Positions 25,999 through 33,717 of a DNA stretch of 49,897 bases are shown in pieces. The stretch is from Escherichia phage JLBYU19. The stretch lies in sequence record OK272489.1. One strand, given 5' to 3'. Made by a program: the position numbers and the translations under genes. Numbering within the stretch: position 1 is the first letter of the stretch; each line of letters begins with the position of its first letter. The notes under the pieces were generated by a model that was given only the letters and a program-made list of their open reading frames with translations, did no database searches and was not told where the DNA came from.

Positions 25999-26750
25999 TA
26001 GTGAAAGGCGTCGTTAAACAATGGCGCTTTCCTGAAGCAAGCGAGCGGCAATTGCGCCGCTCAATTCAGGAGGCGATAAGGGATCTTGTTGTGCTGATGC
26101 GCAGCAAAACAAAGGAAATGAAATTTGACGCGGACACCGAAGAAATCAACGCCGCAGAGGATGAGATTAGTAGCTTCGCGTTAAAGCTAATAGCTGGCAT
26201 CGCCGCATCACTTCCGGCTATCGGTCTTGCTGTTTATAAATTCAACTCGAAGCAATTTATTAACGTAGCCAAATCAACGGGAGGCAAGTCAAATTCAGCC
26301 GTTATCATCCTTATGGCTATTGGGGCCAATGCGAATGAGAGTTGGTATAGGACGCTATACGGTCAATGGCATGACATGACGATCGCATCTCTTCAAAAGC
26401 TATTTGGAAACATCGTGTCTGACTGGTCAACCAATATTAGATTGGCAAACTTTCGCGGAATGAGAGATAGCCAGGTTAATGAATTGGCTGGTAAGAGGTT
26501 CGCAGTGTATAGCTCTTGGGGTAAGACAAGGGCGGAAAACATCATAGGCGCTTGGAATAGTAGACTCATGCGCCAGCGTCTTTATGATTCAAAAGTAACT
26601 CATTATTTTTGGCATGGTATGCTTGATGACAGAGAGCGATTGCAGCATGTACAATGGGAAGGTAAGCGCATTGCGCTAGATTCTGAACATGATTTTCCTG
26701 GTGAGCCTTTCGGTTGTCGTTGTTGGGCCATACCAGATTGGAACAGTTAA
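25995..26750 (+). CDS. head morphogenesis / minor head protein
   Basis: 251 aa; start overlaps portal stop; position between portal and scaffold. Confidence 0.45.
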   Translation: MIVKGVVKQWRFPEASERQLRRSIQEAIRDLVVLMRSKTKEMKFDADTEEINAAEDEISSFALKLIAGIAASLPAIGLAVYKFNSKQFINVAKSTGGKSNSAVIILMAIGANANESWYRTLYGQWHDMTIASLQKLFGNIVSDWSTNIRLANFRGMRDSQVNELAGKRFAVYSSWGKTRAENIIGAWNSRLMRQRLYDSKVTHYFWHGMLDDRERLQHVQWEGKRIALDSEHDFPGEPFGCRCWAIPDWNS

Positions 26751-26760
26751 GAGGTATTAA

Positions 26761-27876
26761 ATGAAGGCAAAACAAAGATTTGATAGCGCCAAAGTAAAGG
26801 CGCACTTTGATGATAACGGGTTTTTAGTTGATCGCCCTATCGTGGCGCGAATTGGTTTACAAGTCTATCAGACTCCTTTCGGTGAGCGCCGAGAATTTCG
26901 CCCTGCGTCAGAAGTATTCAAGGCCGACTCGCTCGCCACCTTTGCAGGGAAGCCGGTCACGGTTGGTCACGTCACGGTAACGCCAGAAAATGCCGAAAAG
27001 GTTGTGGTTGGTTCTTGTGCTGGCGCTGGTGTGCCTAACGGGATCGGCGTAGAGGTTCCGTTAAGCATTTACTCAAAACGAGCAATCGAAAGCGCAAAGA
27101 AGCGAGACACGGCGGAAATTTCAGTTGGTTATACATCGGTTGATATTGATAAACCAGGCTGGGGCAATAATAAAACTGGTGAGTACGTTTTCGATGAGGA
27201 CGTTAGCGAAGACTGGAAACCTGATTCTCCTGATTGGGTTAAGTTTGATGCAATCCAGACTGAAATCAAGGTAAACCACATCGCGTTAGTTTTCCGAGGT
27301 CGAGCTGGCATTGCAAAATTAAACCTTGATAGCCAGCAAGATTTTCCGTATAGTGACGACGTTATTAACAACAAAGAGGATCAAATCATGACTGTAAAAA
27401 TTAAACTGGATGGCGCTGTAGAGTTTGACGTGCCGAAAGCGGTTGCGGATCACATTGAATCACTGAAAGCTGATACCAAAGCGCAGAAAGAAAAGGCTGA
27501 CAGCCTAGAAGCTGAGCGAGACGCACTGCAAACCAAAGTAGATGGCATTCAGGATCAGATTGATGCCGCAGTCAAGAAGGCCAAAGAAGATGCCGAGCAA
27601 TATGCTCAATTAGTGGCAGACGCTAAAGAGTTAGGCATCAAGTGCGACGGCCTGGATGCGAAAGCAATCAAGGTTGCATACATCAAGGAAGTTATGGGCA
27701 ATGACGTTTCTGATAAAACTGATGCCTATATCGAAACAGCTTTCGACATCGCCAAAAACTCTGATAAAATGGCGGCGCAGCGTAAGAGCATTAAAGGTGA
27801 CTCTTTCGCGAATGAAAAGCAGGATGACGCAGGTTCTAAGCTGAATCCTAACGCTCGTTTTGAGAAACTGAAATAA
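26761..27876 (+). CDS. capsid scaffolding protein (possibly with N-terminal protease-like domain)
   Basis: 371 aa; C-terminal half is a charged coiled coil (KADSLEAERDALQTKVDGIQDQIDAAVKKAKED). Confidence 0.5.
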   Translation: MKAKQRFDSAKVKAHFDDNGFLVDRPIVARIGLQVYQTPFGERREFRPASEVFKADSLATFAGKPVTVGHVTVTPENAEKVVVGSCAGAGVPNGIGVEVPLSIYSKRAIESAKKRDTAEISVGYTSVDIDKPGWGNNKTGEYVFDEDVSEDWKPDSPDWVKFDAIQTEIKVNHIALVFRGRAGIAKLNLDSQQDFPYSDDVINNKEDQIMTVKIKLDGAVEFDVPKAVADHIESLKADTKAQKEKADSLEAERDALQTKVDGIQDQIDAAVKKAKEDAEQYAQLVADAKELGIKCDGLDAKAIKVAYIKEVMGNDVSDKTDAYIETAFDIAKNSDKMAAQRKSIKGDSFANEKQDDAGSKLNPNARFEKLK

Positions 27877-27888
27877 GGAGTAATTAAA

Positions 27889-28398
27889 ATGGCTAAAATT
27901 GGAGCAAGTTATTTTGACACTATGGCGCGTGCGCTTCCTGGTCAGGTATCCGACACGTCAGCATATAACATCGACGGCGCTTGCGTTCTTGACAAGGAAG
28001 ACGGCATCCCAATCCTGGTTGGCGTGGCTGTTAAGCTAAAAGGCGTTGACTCAATGGGTAACAAGCTGATCGACTCCATTTCCGCTGGAGGTGATGTTCC
28101 TTATGGCGTTGGCATCCGCTCTCACTTTCAAACCACGGCTGATAATGGTCGAATGGTTTATGAGGTTGGCGGCGGAATCAACGTTATGACAGAGGGCCGC
28201 GTTTGGATGATTGTCGATGATTCAGATAAGGCCAAAAAGCCATCGTATCGCGAGCCTGTAAAAATTGATGAAAACACTGGCAAGGTGAAAAGTGGTGGCG
28301 CTATCAATACCAACTGGATTTACACGGGAGATAAAACCACATTTGGAACTGGCGAAGATGTGTTGACTTTGTTTGAAGTTCAGGTTTTCCCAAGCTAA
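27889..28398 (+). CDS. capsid decoration/cement-like protein (paralog 1)
   Basis: 169 aa; AGGAG RBS; motifs YNIDG, GRVW, WIYTGD shared with next ORF; followed by terminator. Confidence 0.45.
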   Translation: MAKIGASYFDTMARALPGQVSDTSAYNIDGACVLDKEDGIPILVGVAVKLKGVDSMGNKLIDSISAGGDVPYGVGIRSHFQTTADNGRMVYEVGGGINVMTEGRVWMIVDDSDKAKKPSYREPVKIDENTGKVKSGGAINTNWIYTGDKTTFGTGEDVLTLFEVQVFPS

Positions 28399-28403
28399 AA
28401 TTA

Positions 28404-28432
28404 AGGCGCTCGCTTGAGCGCCTTTTTTATTA
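28404..28432 (+). terminator. intrinsic terminator after decoration-like paralog 1
   Basis: AGGCGCTCG-cttg-AGCGCCT hairpin + T6. Confidence 0.6.
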
Positions 28433-28448
28433 TGTAAGGAGAAATGAA

Positions 28449-29006
28449 ATGGCTAAAGATTATTCATCTGTTATGGGTCTTTCTTGCCCTGGTTGTTTGG
28501 TTGACTCTACTCGCTACAATATTGATGGAACTGGCGTTTGTGGTTCTGAGTCGATTATTGCTGGTAAGGTTGTTTTCTTCAAAGAGAGAGTAGAAGGTTA
28601 TAGCATATTTGTTGATCATAAAGAGCATGATGCGGTTGTTGCTGGCGTCGCGCTAAGGAGCAACATAACAACGACAGTTAACGAGGAAGACGGGTATTCA
28701 GACTACAAGGAAGGAGACGCCATCAACATTTTGACAAGAGGTGTTGTATGGTGTGTAACTCAAACAATTGAATCTCCTCCTGAACATGGCGATCTTGTTT
28801 ATGTTAACAATGATGGCTTTGTAGCAAAGAGTGACGGGGATGAAATCGTCGATGGCTGGATTTTTACTGGTGACTTCTACAAGTTTGATGAAACAATAAA
28901 CATAGTAGGAGTAAGGATAACGCCGCTTCATCATAGAAAATACCTTCTTACTGGTGCGATAATTGAGGCTGAAAATGGCTACATAGAGGGGAACAGAGAC
29001 GATTAA
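28449..29006 (+). CDS. capsid decoration/cement-like protein (paralog 2)
   Basis: 185 aa; AGGAG RBS; motifs YNIDG, RGVVW, WIFTGD. Confidence 0.45.
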   Translation: MAKDYSSVMGLSCPGCLVDSTRYNIDGTGVCGSESIIAGKVVFFKERVEGYSIFVDHKEHDAVVAGVALRSNITTTVNEEDGYSDYKEGDAINILTRGVVWCVTQTIESPPEHGDLVYVNNDGFVAKSDGDEIVDGWIFTGDFYKFDETINIVGVRITPLHHRKYLLTGAIIEAENGYIEGNRDD

Positions 29007-29232
29007 TAACGTTCAATTAAAGGTAACGGTTGTTCCTACTTGGGCTGATGACAAAACGGGTCAGTGGACAATTACAAACGAGCAAGATCCAAAGGTTGCC
29101 AGCGTTAGCCGTACAGGTCTTGTTGTTCCTACTGGTGTAGGAGGCAGAGTTAACGTCAACTGGACTGCTAATGATGGTTCTGGAGTTGCTGACCAGTTTG
29201 ATATTGTATTTAAGAAAACCGCTGGCGAATAA
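28987..29232 (+). CDS. Ig-like (Big_2-type) domain segment lacking its own start codon (+1 frame)
   Basis: 81-codon open frame overlapping the last 18 nt of 28449..29006; reads VQLKVTVVPTW...KVASVSRTGLVVPTGVGGRVNVNWTANDGSGVADQFDIVF; no start codon before the domain. Confidence 0.45.
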   Translation, partial: RGTETINNVQLKVTVVPTWADDKTGQWTITNEQDPKVASVSRTGLVVPTGVGGRVNVNWTANDGSGVADQFDIVFKKTAGE

Positions 29233-29257
29233 CTGATAGCATAAAAAAACATTGCAC

Positions 29258-29276
29258 GTTTAACAAAAAGTGCTAT
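29258..29276 (-). promoter_or_regulatory. conserved junction element, oriented away from adjacent capsid gene
   Basis: plus strand reads GTTTAACAAAAAGTGCTAT; flanked by inverted repeat TGATAGCA (29234) / TGCTATCA (29271). Confidence 0.45.
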
Positions 29277-29282
29277 CATCTA

Positions 29283-29308
29283 GGCCGTTACATTTAACGG
29301 CCTTTTTT
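29283..29308 (+). terminator. intrinsic terminator immediately upstream of major capsid gene
   Basis: GGCCGTT-acattt-AACGGCC hairpin + T6, directly followed by GGAGG RBS. Confidence 0.6.
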
Positions 29309-29322
29309 ATGGAGGAAGCAAA

Positions 29323-30294
29323 ATGGCTAAAAAATACGATGAATTAGATGCTACCATTGTAGCAAATCATTTACAGGTTCAGGGCGTTAAGGGTGATGCT
29401 TCTGATATGGGTATTTGGACCGCTCAAGAGCTACACAAGATCCGTTCAACGGCATACGAGAAAGAGTATCCGGCAGGTTCCGCACTTCGCGTATTCCCTG
29501 TAACAAACGAGCTTTCTGATACTGATAAGACTTTTGAGTATCAGACTTTTGATAAGGTTGGCTACGCGAAAATTATCGCCGACTACACCGACGATCTGCC
29601 GACCGTGGACGCGCTGATGACTTCTGAATTTGGCAAGGTGTTCCGCCTGGGTAACGCTTTTCTGATCTCCATTGATGAGATTAAAGCGGGTCAGCGAACT
29701 GGCAAGAGCCTGTCAACTCGCAAGGCTAACGCTGCGCAAAATGCGCATGATCAGTTGATTAACTTCCTGGTGTTCAAAGGTTCCAAGCCTCATAAGATCG
29801 TTTCCGTTTTCGATCACCCTAACCTTACGAAAATTGTTTCTAAAGGATGGATGAGCCAGGATGGAAACACCAAGTTCCCTGATGTGGCAAGCGATGAACT
29901 GGAGGCTGCAATCGAGACTATCGAGGAAGTAACCAAAGGTCAGCACCGCGCGACTAACATCCTGATCCCGCCGTCCATGCGTAAAGTCTTGACGGTTCGA
30001 ATGGAAAATACCACTGAAAGTTATCTTGAATACTTCCAGAAGCAAAACGGCGGCATCACTATCGACTCTATCGCAGAGCTTGAGGATATTGACGGCAAAG
30101 GTACGAAAGGTTGCTTGGTTTACGAAAAAGATCCAATGAACATGAGCATTGAGATTCCAGAAGCGTTTAACATGCTTCCGGCGCAGCCAAAAGACCTTCA
30201 TTTCAAGGTTCCTTGCACTTCCAAGTGTACTGGCCTTACTATTTACCGTCCGTTTACGATGGTGCTTATTACTGGCTTGAAAAAGTCAACTTAA
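29323..30294 (+). CDS. major capsid protein
   Basis: 323 aa; GGAGG RBS; flanked on both sides by intrinsic terminators (own unit); position in head module. Confidence 0.6.
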   Translation: MAKKYDELDATIVANHLQVQGVKGDASDMGIWTAQELHKIRSTAYEKEYPAGSALRVFPVTNELSDTDKTFEYQTFDKVGYAKIIADYTDDLPTVDALMTSEFGKVFRLGNAFLISIDEIKAGQRTGKSLSTRKANAAQNAHDQLINFLVFKGSKPHKIVSVFDHPNLTKIVSKGWMSQDGNTKFPDVASDELEAAIETIEEVTKGQHRATNILIPPSMRKVLTVRMENTTESYLEYFQKQNGGITIDSIAELEDIDGKGTKGCLVYEKDPMNMSIEIPEAFNMLPAQPKDLHFKVPCTSKCTGLTIYRPFTMVLITGLKKST

Positions 30295-30305
30295 TTAGAT
30301 AACAT

Positions 30306-30337
30306 GGGGAGCCTTAAGGGTTCCCCTTTTTTTATTT
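30306..30337 (+). terminator. intrinsic terminator after major capsid gene
   Basis: GGGGAGCC-ttaag-GGTTCCCC hairpin + T7. Confidence 0.65.
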
Positions 30338-30351
30338 ACGGAGTACACAAA

Positions 30352-30618
30352 ATGAGCAAAACTTTAAAACTTAAAGTAACTGGCGTTTGCATGATTATTA
30401 TGGACGGTAAGCGTTATCACCCTGGTGATGAGATTGAAATTGAATCTGATCGCATTAATGATTCCGCAATTGAATACCTGATCGCTCGCGGCGATGTGGA
30501 AGTTAAAGACAATTCCGAAATTAACGAGCAAATCAAGGAGAAAGCGGAGAAGAAGCGCAAAAAAGATCCTACCGAGGGCAAGAGCCGCAAAGAGCTAGAG
30601 GATGGCGGCGAATATTAA
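30352..30618 (+). CDS. hypothetical structural-module protein
   Basis: 88 aa from ATG 30352 (GGAG RBS). Confidence 0.4.
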   Translation: MSKTLKLKVTGVCMIIMDGKRYHPGDEIEIESDRINDSAIEYLIARGDVEVKDNSEINEQIKEKAEKKRKKDPTEGKSRKELEDGGEY

Positions 30619-30667
30619 TAATTGGGGCGCTTATGCGCCCCTTGTCATATCTGGAGAAAACAAAATG
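30616..30667 (+). repeat. leader element shared with ssb leader (46277-46325)
   Basis: GAATATTAATAATTGGGGCGCTTATGCGCCCCTTGTCATATCTGGAGAAAACAAAATG vs GAATAATAAACGGGGCGCTTGCGCCCCTTTTGTCATAGGAGAAAACAAAATG. Confidence 0.55.
30626..30650 (+). terminator. hairpin/attenuator in leader of connector gene
   Basis: GGGGCGC-ttat-GCGCCCC followed by TTGTCAT (weak U-tract). Confidence 0.35.
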
Positions 30668-31084
30668 GTAGATGAATTTTACACAGACGCTGAAATCGTT
30701 CAGCAAATCGTAAAGTTGGCCCCACCAATGCAGCAGGTTGATCCCGATTTAATTGTGGCATGGATTGAGCTTGCTAAAGAATTTGTTTGCAAAAAACGGT
30801 TTAAAAACTCATACCCGAAAGCGGTTGCGCTTTACACTCTTCACCTTATGACCTTAGACGGGGCAATGAAACAGGAAGGTGAAAGCGTAGAAAGCTATTC
30901 CCGCCGCGTTGCATCGTTCACTCTGACTGGTGAGTTTAGTCAGACGTTTGATCGAATTTCTTCCGATACAAGCGGAAAGCAGATCCGACAAACGCCGTGG
31001 GGCAAAATGTACGAAGTGTTAAACCGTAAGCACGGTGGCGGCTTTGGACTTGTAACTGGATTGCGCCGGAGATGTTGCCGATGA
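30665..31084 (+). CDS. putative head-tail connector protein
   Basis: 139 aa from ATG 30665 (GGAG RBS); position between capsid and tail genes. Confidence 0.4.
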   Translation: MVDEFYTDAEIVQQIVKLAPPMQQVDPDLIVAWIELAKEFVCKKRFKNSYPKAVALYTLHLMTLDGAMKQEGESVESYSRRVASFTLTGEFSQTFDRISSDTSGKQIRQTPWGKMYEVLNRKHGGGFGLVTGLRRRCCR

Positions 31085-31455
31085 ATTACAATGAGATTGC
31101 AAGAATGGCTACTGCTGGGATTAACTTTTTCAGCGACGCTAACGGTATGTTTAAGTGCATCACGCAGCAGGGAGGGGTTGAGATTATCGGCGGAGAGGAA
31201 GTTGCCAAGCCTGAGATTTCAGTGATGATAAAGGGGCTTGTTAGATCTCCGAGGACTAGAGAGGTTGACGGTGAAACGATCCGAGTAACCGACAAGTTGG
31301 GGGTATTCACCAATGAAACTGAGATCAAAAATGGTTATCAGATTGAAATTGATGGCGATCGTTATGTTGTCGTTGAAGCAAGACCAGTCAGACAGACTAA
31401 CATCACGGCAGCTTATCGTCCGATATTAAGGAGGATTGCAGTGCATGGCGGATAA
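31081..31455 (+). CDS. putative head-tail joining protein
   Basis: 124 aa; ATGA overlap with upstream gene. Confidence 0.4.
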   Translation: MNYNEIARMATAGINFFSDANGMFKCITQQGGVEIIGGEEVAKPEISVMIKGLVRSPRTREVDGETIRVTDKLGVFTNETEIKNGYQIEIDGDRYVVVEARPVRQTNITAAYRPILRRIAVHGG

Positions 31456-31888
31456 TTATAAGATCAGGGAATTTCACGGTGATATAAGCAGGTGGATTGA
31501 TTCAGTAAGCAGCGGCCTTGTTGATTGCGTTGAAATGTTCGCGACAAACGTCCACGAGGATCTTGTAAAGCGTTCGCCAGTTGATACGGGCCGATATAAA
31601 GCTAACTGGCAGGTAACAGCAAACAAGCCGCCGCTATATGCTCTCAATCAATACGATCGCGATGGTAGTAAAACCATTGCAGAAGGCAAGCGAGCAATAT
31701 ATGCAATCATGCGGGGCGGTGGAGCGGTGCGGTCAATCTATTTTTCAAACATGCTTATTTACGCCAATGCGCTTGAATACGGGCATTCAAAACAAGCGCC
31801 GTCCGGCGTGCTGGGAATCGTGGCGGTAAAGCTGCGATCCTATATGACTAAGGCAATAAAGGATTCGAGGGCAAAAAATGCACTATGA
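31445..31888 (+). CDS. neck protein, HK97 gp10-like
   Basis: 147 aa; VDTGRYKANW motif; GGAGG RBS. Confidence 0.45.
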   Translation: MADNYKIREFHGDISRWIDSVSSGLVDCVEMFATNVHEDLVKRSPVDTGRYKANWQVTANKPPLYALNQYDRDGSKTIAEGKRAIYAIMRGGGAVRSIYFSNMLIYANALEYGHSKQAPSGVLGIVAVKLRSYMTKAIKDSRAKNAL

Positions 31889-32279
31889 TTTAATGTTAGC
31901 GGCAAGAAAGGCGCTGGCGGAGGAATATGAATCACGATTCAAGATCGCCTATGAAAACGTTGATTTTGTTCCGCCTGGTGATGGTTCGATGTGGTTAAAA
32001 TTTGACTACATGGAAGCCGACACAGATCGCATATCTCTTGATAGAAAATGCGTTTCTTATATCGGATTGGTTCAGGTTGGAATTGTTATGCCTCCTGGCG
32101 GCGGCACTGATAAAGCGCGTTTGCTGGCTAAAGAGATTGCGAGATTTTTCTATGATGGTAGAATGTTTGAAACTGGCTATATTAGCGATGGGGCAAAGGT
32201 CCACACATTACTAAAAAGTGAAACAGGTTGGTTCTTACCGATCCGTTTCAGTGTTAGGCTTGACACAAAGGAGGAATAA
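31878..32279 (+). CDS. putative tail terminator/completion protein
   Basis: 133 aa; overlaps upstream gene by 11 nt; precedes major tail gene. Confidence 0.4.
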   Translation: MHYDLMLAARKALAEEYESRFKIAYENVDFVPPGDGSMWLKFDYMEADTDRISLDRKCVSYIGLVQVGIVMPPGGGTDKARLLAKEIARFFYDGRMFETGYISDGAKVHTLLKSETGWFLPIRFSVRLDTKEE

Positions 32280-32281
32280 TC

Positions 32282-32944
32282 ATGCACTTGCCTAATGGTT
32301 CTCAAATTTTCATCGGCGTTAATATGGGTGAGCCAATTAGCGCGACTCAAATCAGCAATGCTGATAATCCTGTTTTTACAACCGAAAACACTCAAAGCAT
32401 CAAAAAAGGCGCTTATGTTCTTATTGAAACATCTTCTTGGGGCAAACTTGTTAGTCGAGTGCTTCGAGTTAAGGAAGTATCAGATAATGCAAGTGTTACT
32501 CTTGAGGGTGTTAGCACTAAAGATACAAACGTATTTCCAGAAGGACAGAACACAGCAACTTTCCGAGAAGTGAAATCTTGGGTAGAGGTTCCTTGCGTAC
32601 AGGATCTTGCGCAGGACGGCGGCGAGCAACAGTATTACACTTATCAGTGTTTGGCTGATGACCGGGAGCAGCAGTTGCCGACCCACAAGAGCGCGGTTTC
32701 TCTTACCTACACTTTCGCTCATGAATATGATAACCCGATTTATCCGATCTTGCGCGAGGCTGAGGAATCCGGCGACGTAACCGCTTTGCGTATGTACGTG
32801 CCGAAAGCTAAAGAGATGCGTTGCTGGGCTGGCGTATTGTCTTTTAATGACATTCCGCAAACAACTATGAACGAAATGGAAACTGTTTCCCTTTCTGTAT
32901 CTCTGAAAGGCCGATTCACGTTCTTACCTTCCGACGTTAAGTAA
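32282..32944 (+). CDS. major tail protein
   Basis: 220 aa; AAGGAGG RBS; followed by strong terminator; upstream of G/GT chaperone genes. Confidence 0.6.
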   Translation: MHLPNGSQIFIGVNMGEPISATQISNADNPVFTTENTQSIKKGAYVLIETSSWGKLVSRVLRVKEVSDNASVTLEGVSTKDTNVFPEGQNTATFREVKSWVEVPCVQDLAQDGGEQQYYTYQCLADDREQQLPTHKSAVSLTYTFAHEYDNPIYPILREAEESGDVTALRMYVPKAKEMRCWAGVLSFNDIPQTTMNEMETVSLSVSLKGRFTFLPSDVK

Positions 32945-32947
32945 AAC

Positions 32948-32970
32948 AAGGGGCGTTGCGCCCCTTTTTT
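32948..32970 (+). terminator. intrinsic terminator after major tail gene
   Basis: GGGGCG-ttg-CGCCCC hairpin + T6. Confidence 0.7.
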
Positions 32971-33010
32971 CATTCCTGTAAAATCAATCTATCAAATAAA
33001 TTAATTCCAC

Positions 33011-33029
33011 TTTTAACAAAAAGTGCTAT
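33011..33029 (-). promoter_or_regulatory. conserved junction element, oriented away from adjacent tail chaperone gene
   Basis: plus strand reads TTTTAACAAAAAGTGCTAT immediately followed by AAGGAG RBS of 33044 gene. Confidence 0.45.
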
Positions 33030-33043
33030 AAGGAGATCTTAAG

Positions 33044-33361
33044 ATGGCAAAGATGAAACTAACGTTAGGCCCACTGCCTGATTTTAAGCTGCCTGTTTCT
33101 TTCGTGCTTCCAAATGGTGATGAGCAAGTTATTGTTTTTACCGTGCGCCACAAGAAGGCAAGCGAAATTCACGAACGATACACGGCAGAAAAGCCGATGA
33201 GCGACGTAGAAATGATCACCTTCCTTGCTTCCGGTTGGGATCTGGAAGATGAATTTAACGAGGAAAACGTTGCTAAATTGCTGGATTATTACCCGTCTGC
33301 GTCATTATCGCTGACTGGTCATTATATGAAAGCACTTGCGGGGCAGCGGGTAAAAAACTAA
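33044..33361 (+). CDS. tail assembly chaperone (gpG-like)
   Basis: 105 aa; AAGGAG RBS; slippery heptamer A_AAA_AAC sits immediately before its stop. Confidence 0.7.
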   Translation: MAKMKLTLGPLPDFKLPVSFVLPNGDEQVIVFTVRHKKASEIHERYTAEKPMSDVEMITFLASGWDLEDEFNEENVAKLLDYYPSASLSLTGHYMKALAGQRVKN

Positions 33362-33678
33362 AGCGGGCGGTTTACCTGTTTTACCTCAAGCCGCCAACTG
33401 ACGCACAATTAGAGGCCGTCGGCCTATCCCGTTCAGACTACGAAGGGGAGGAGCCGCCGGAGGTAATTTTTGATGAATCAATGTTTCAATCTTGGGATCT
33501 GTTTTGCGCTATGCAGACGCAATGGAGATCGACTAGCGGCAGTGTGTATGGGTTCGACTATAACGTTTTGCCTATGCTTTTTGACATTTACAAGATTGAG
33601 GATCGGGAGATGGCGCTAAATGATTTGCGCATCATGGAACAAAAGGCGCTAGAAATGATTCATTCAAACAAAACATAA
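33277..33678 (+). CDS. tail assembly chaperone T-domain (-1 frame, expressed as G-T fusion)
   Basis: -1 frame open from 33277, overlapping gpG-like ORF; QSWDLFCAMQTQW region typical of phage tail assembly protein T. Confidence 0.6.
   Translation: MAGLLPVCVIIADWSLYESTCGAAGKKLKRAVYLFYLKPPTDAQLEAVGLSRSDYEGEEPPEVIFDESMFQSWDLFCAMQTQWRSTSGSVYGFDYNVLPMLFDIYKIEDREMALNDLRIMEQKALEMIHSNKT
33352..33358 (+). other. -1 programmed frameshift slippery heptamer A_AAA_AAC (G to G-T)
   Basis: heptamer in frame of gpG-like ORF 3 nt before its stop; -1 frame continues open to 33678. Confidence 0.6.
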
Positions 33679-33698
33679 GCGCCGCGAGGCGCTTTTTT
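33677..33698 (+). terminator. intrinsic terminator/attenuator before tape measure gene
   Basis: AAGCGCC-gcga-GGCGCTT hairpin + T6. Confidence 0.55.
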
Positions 33699-33717
33699 AA
33701 TATCTGGAGGTTTTAAA

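Noticed and set aside
29061-29279. Minus-strand 72-aa ORF between decoration-like and capsid genes
   Set aside because: Region is better explained by the plus-strand Ig-like frame and by the junction element/palindrome at its start; no RBS; implausible translation.
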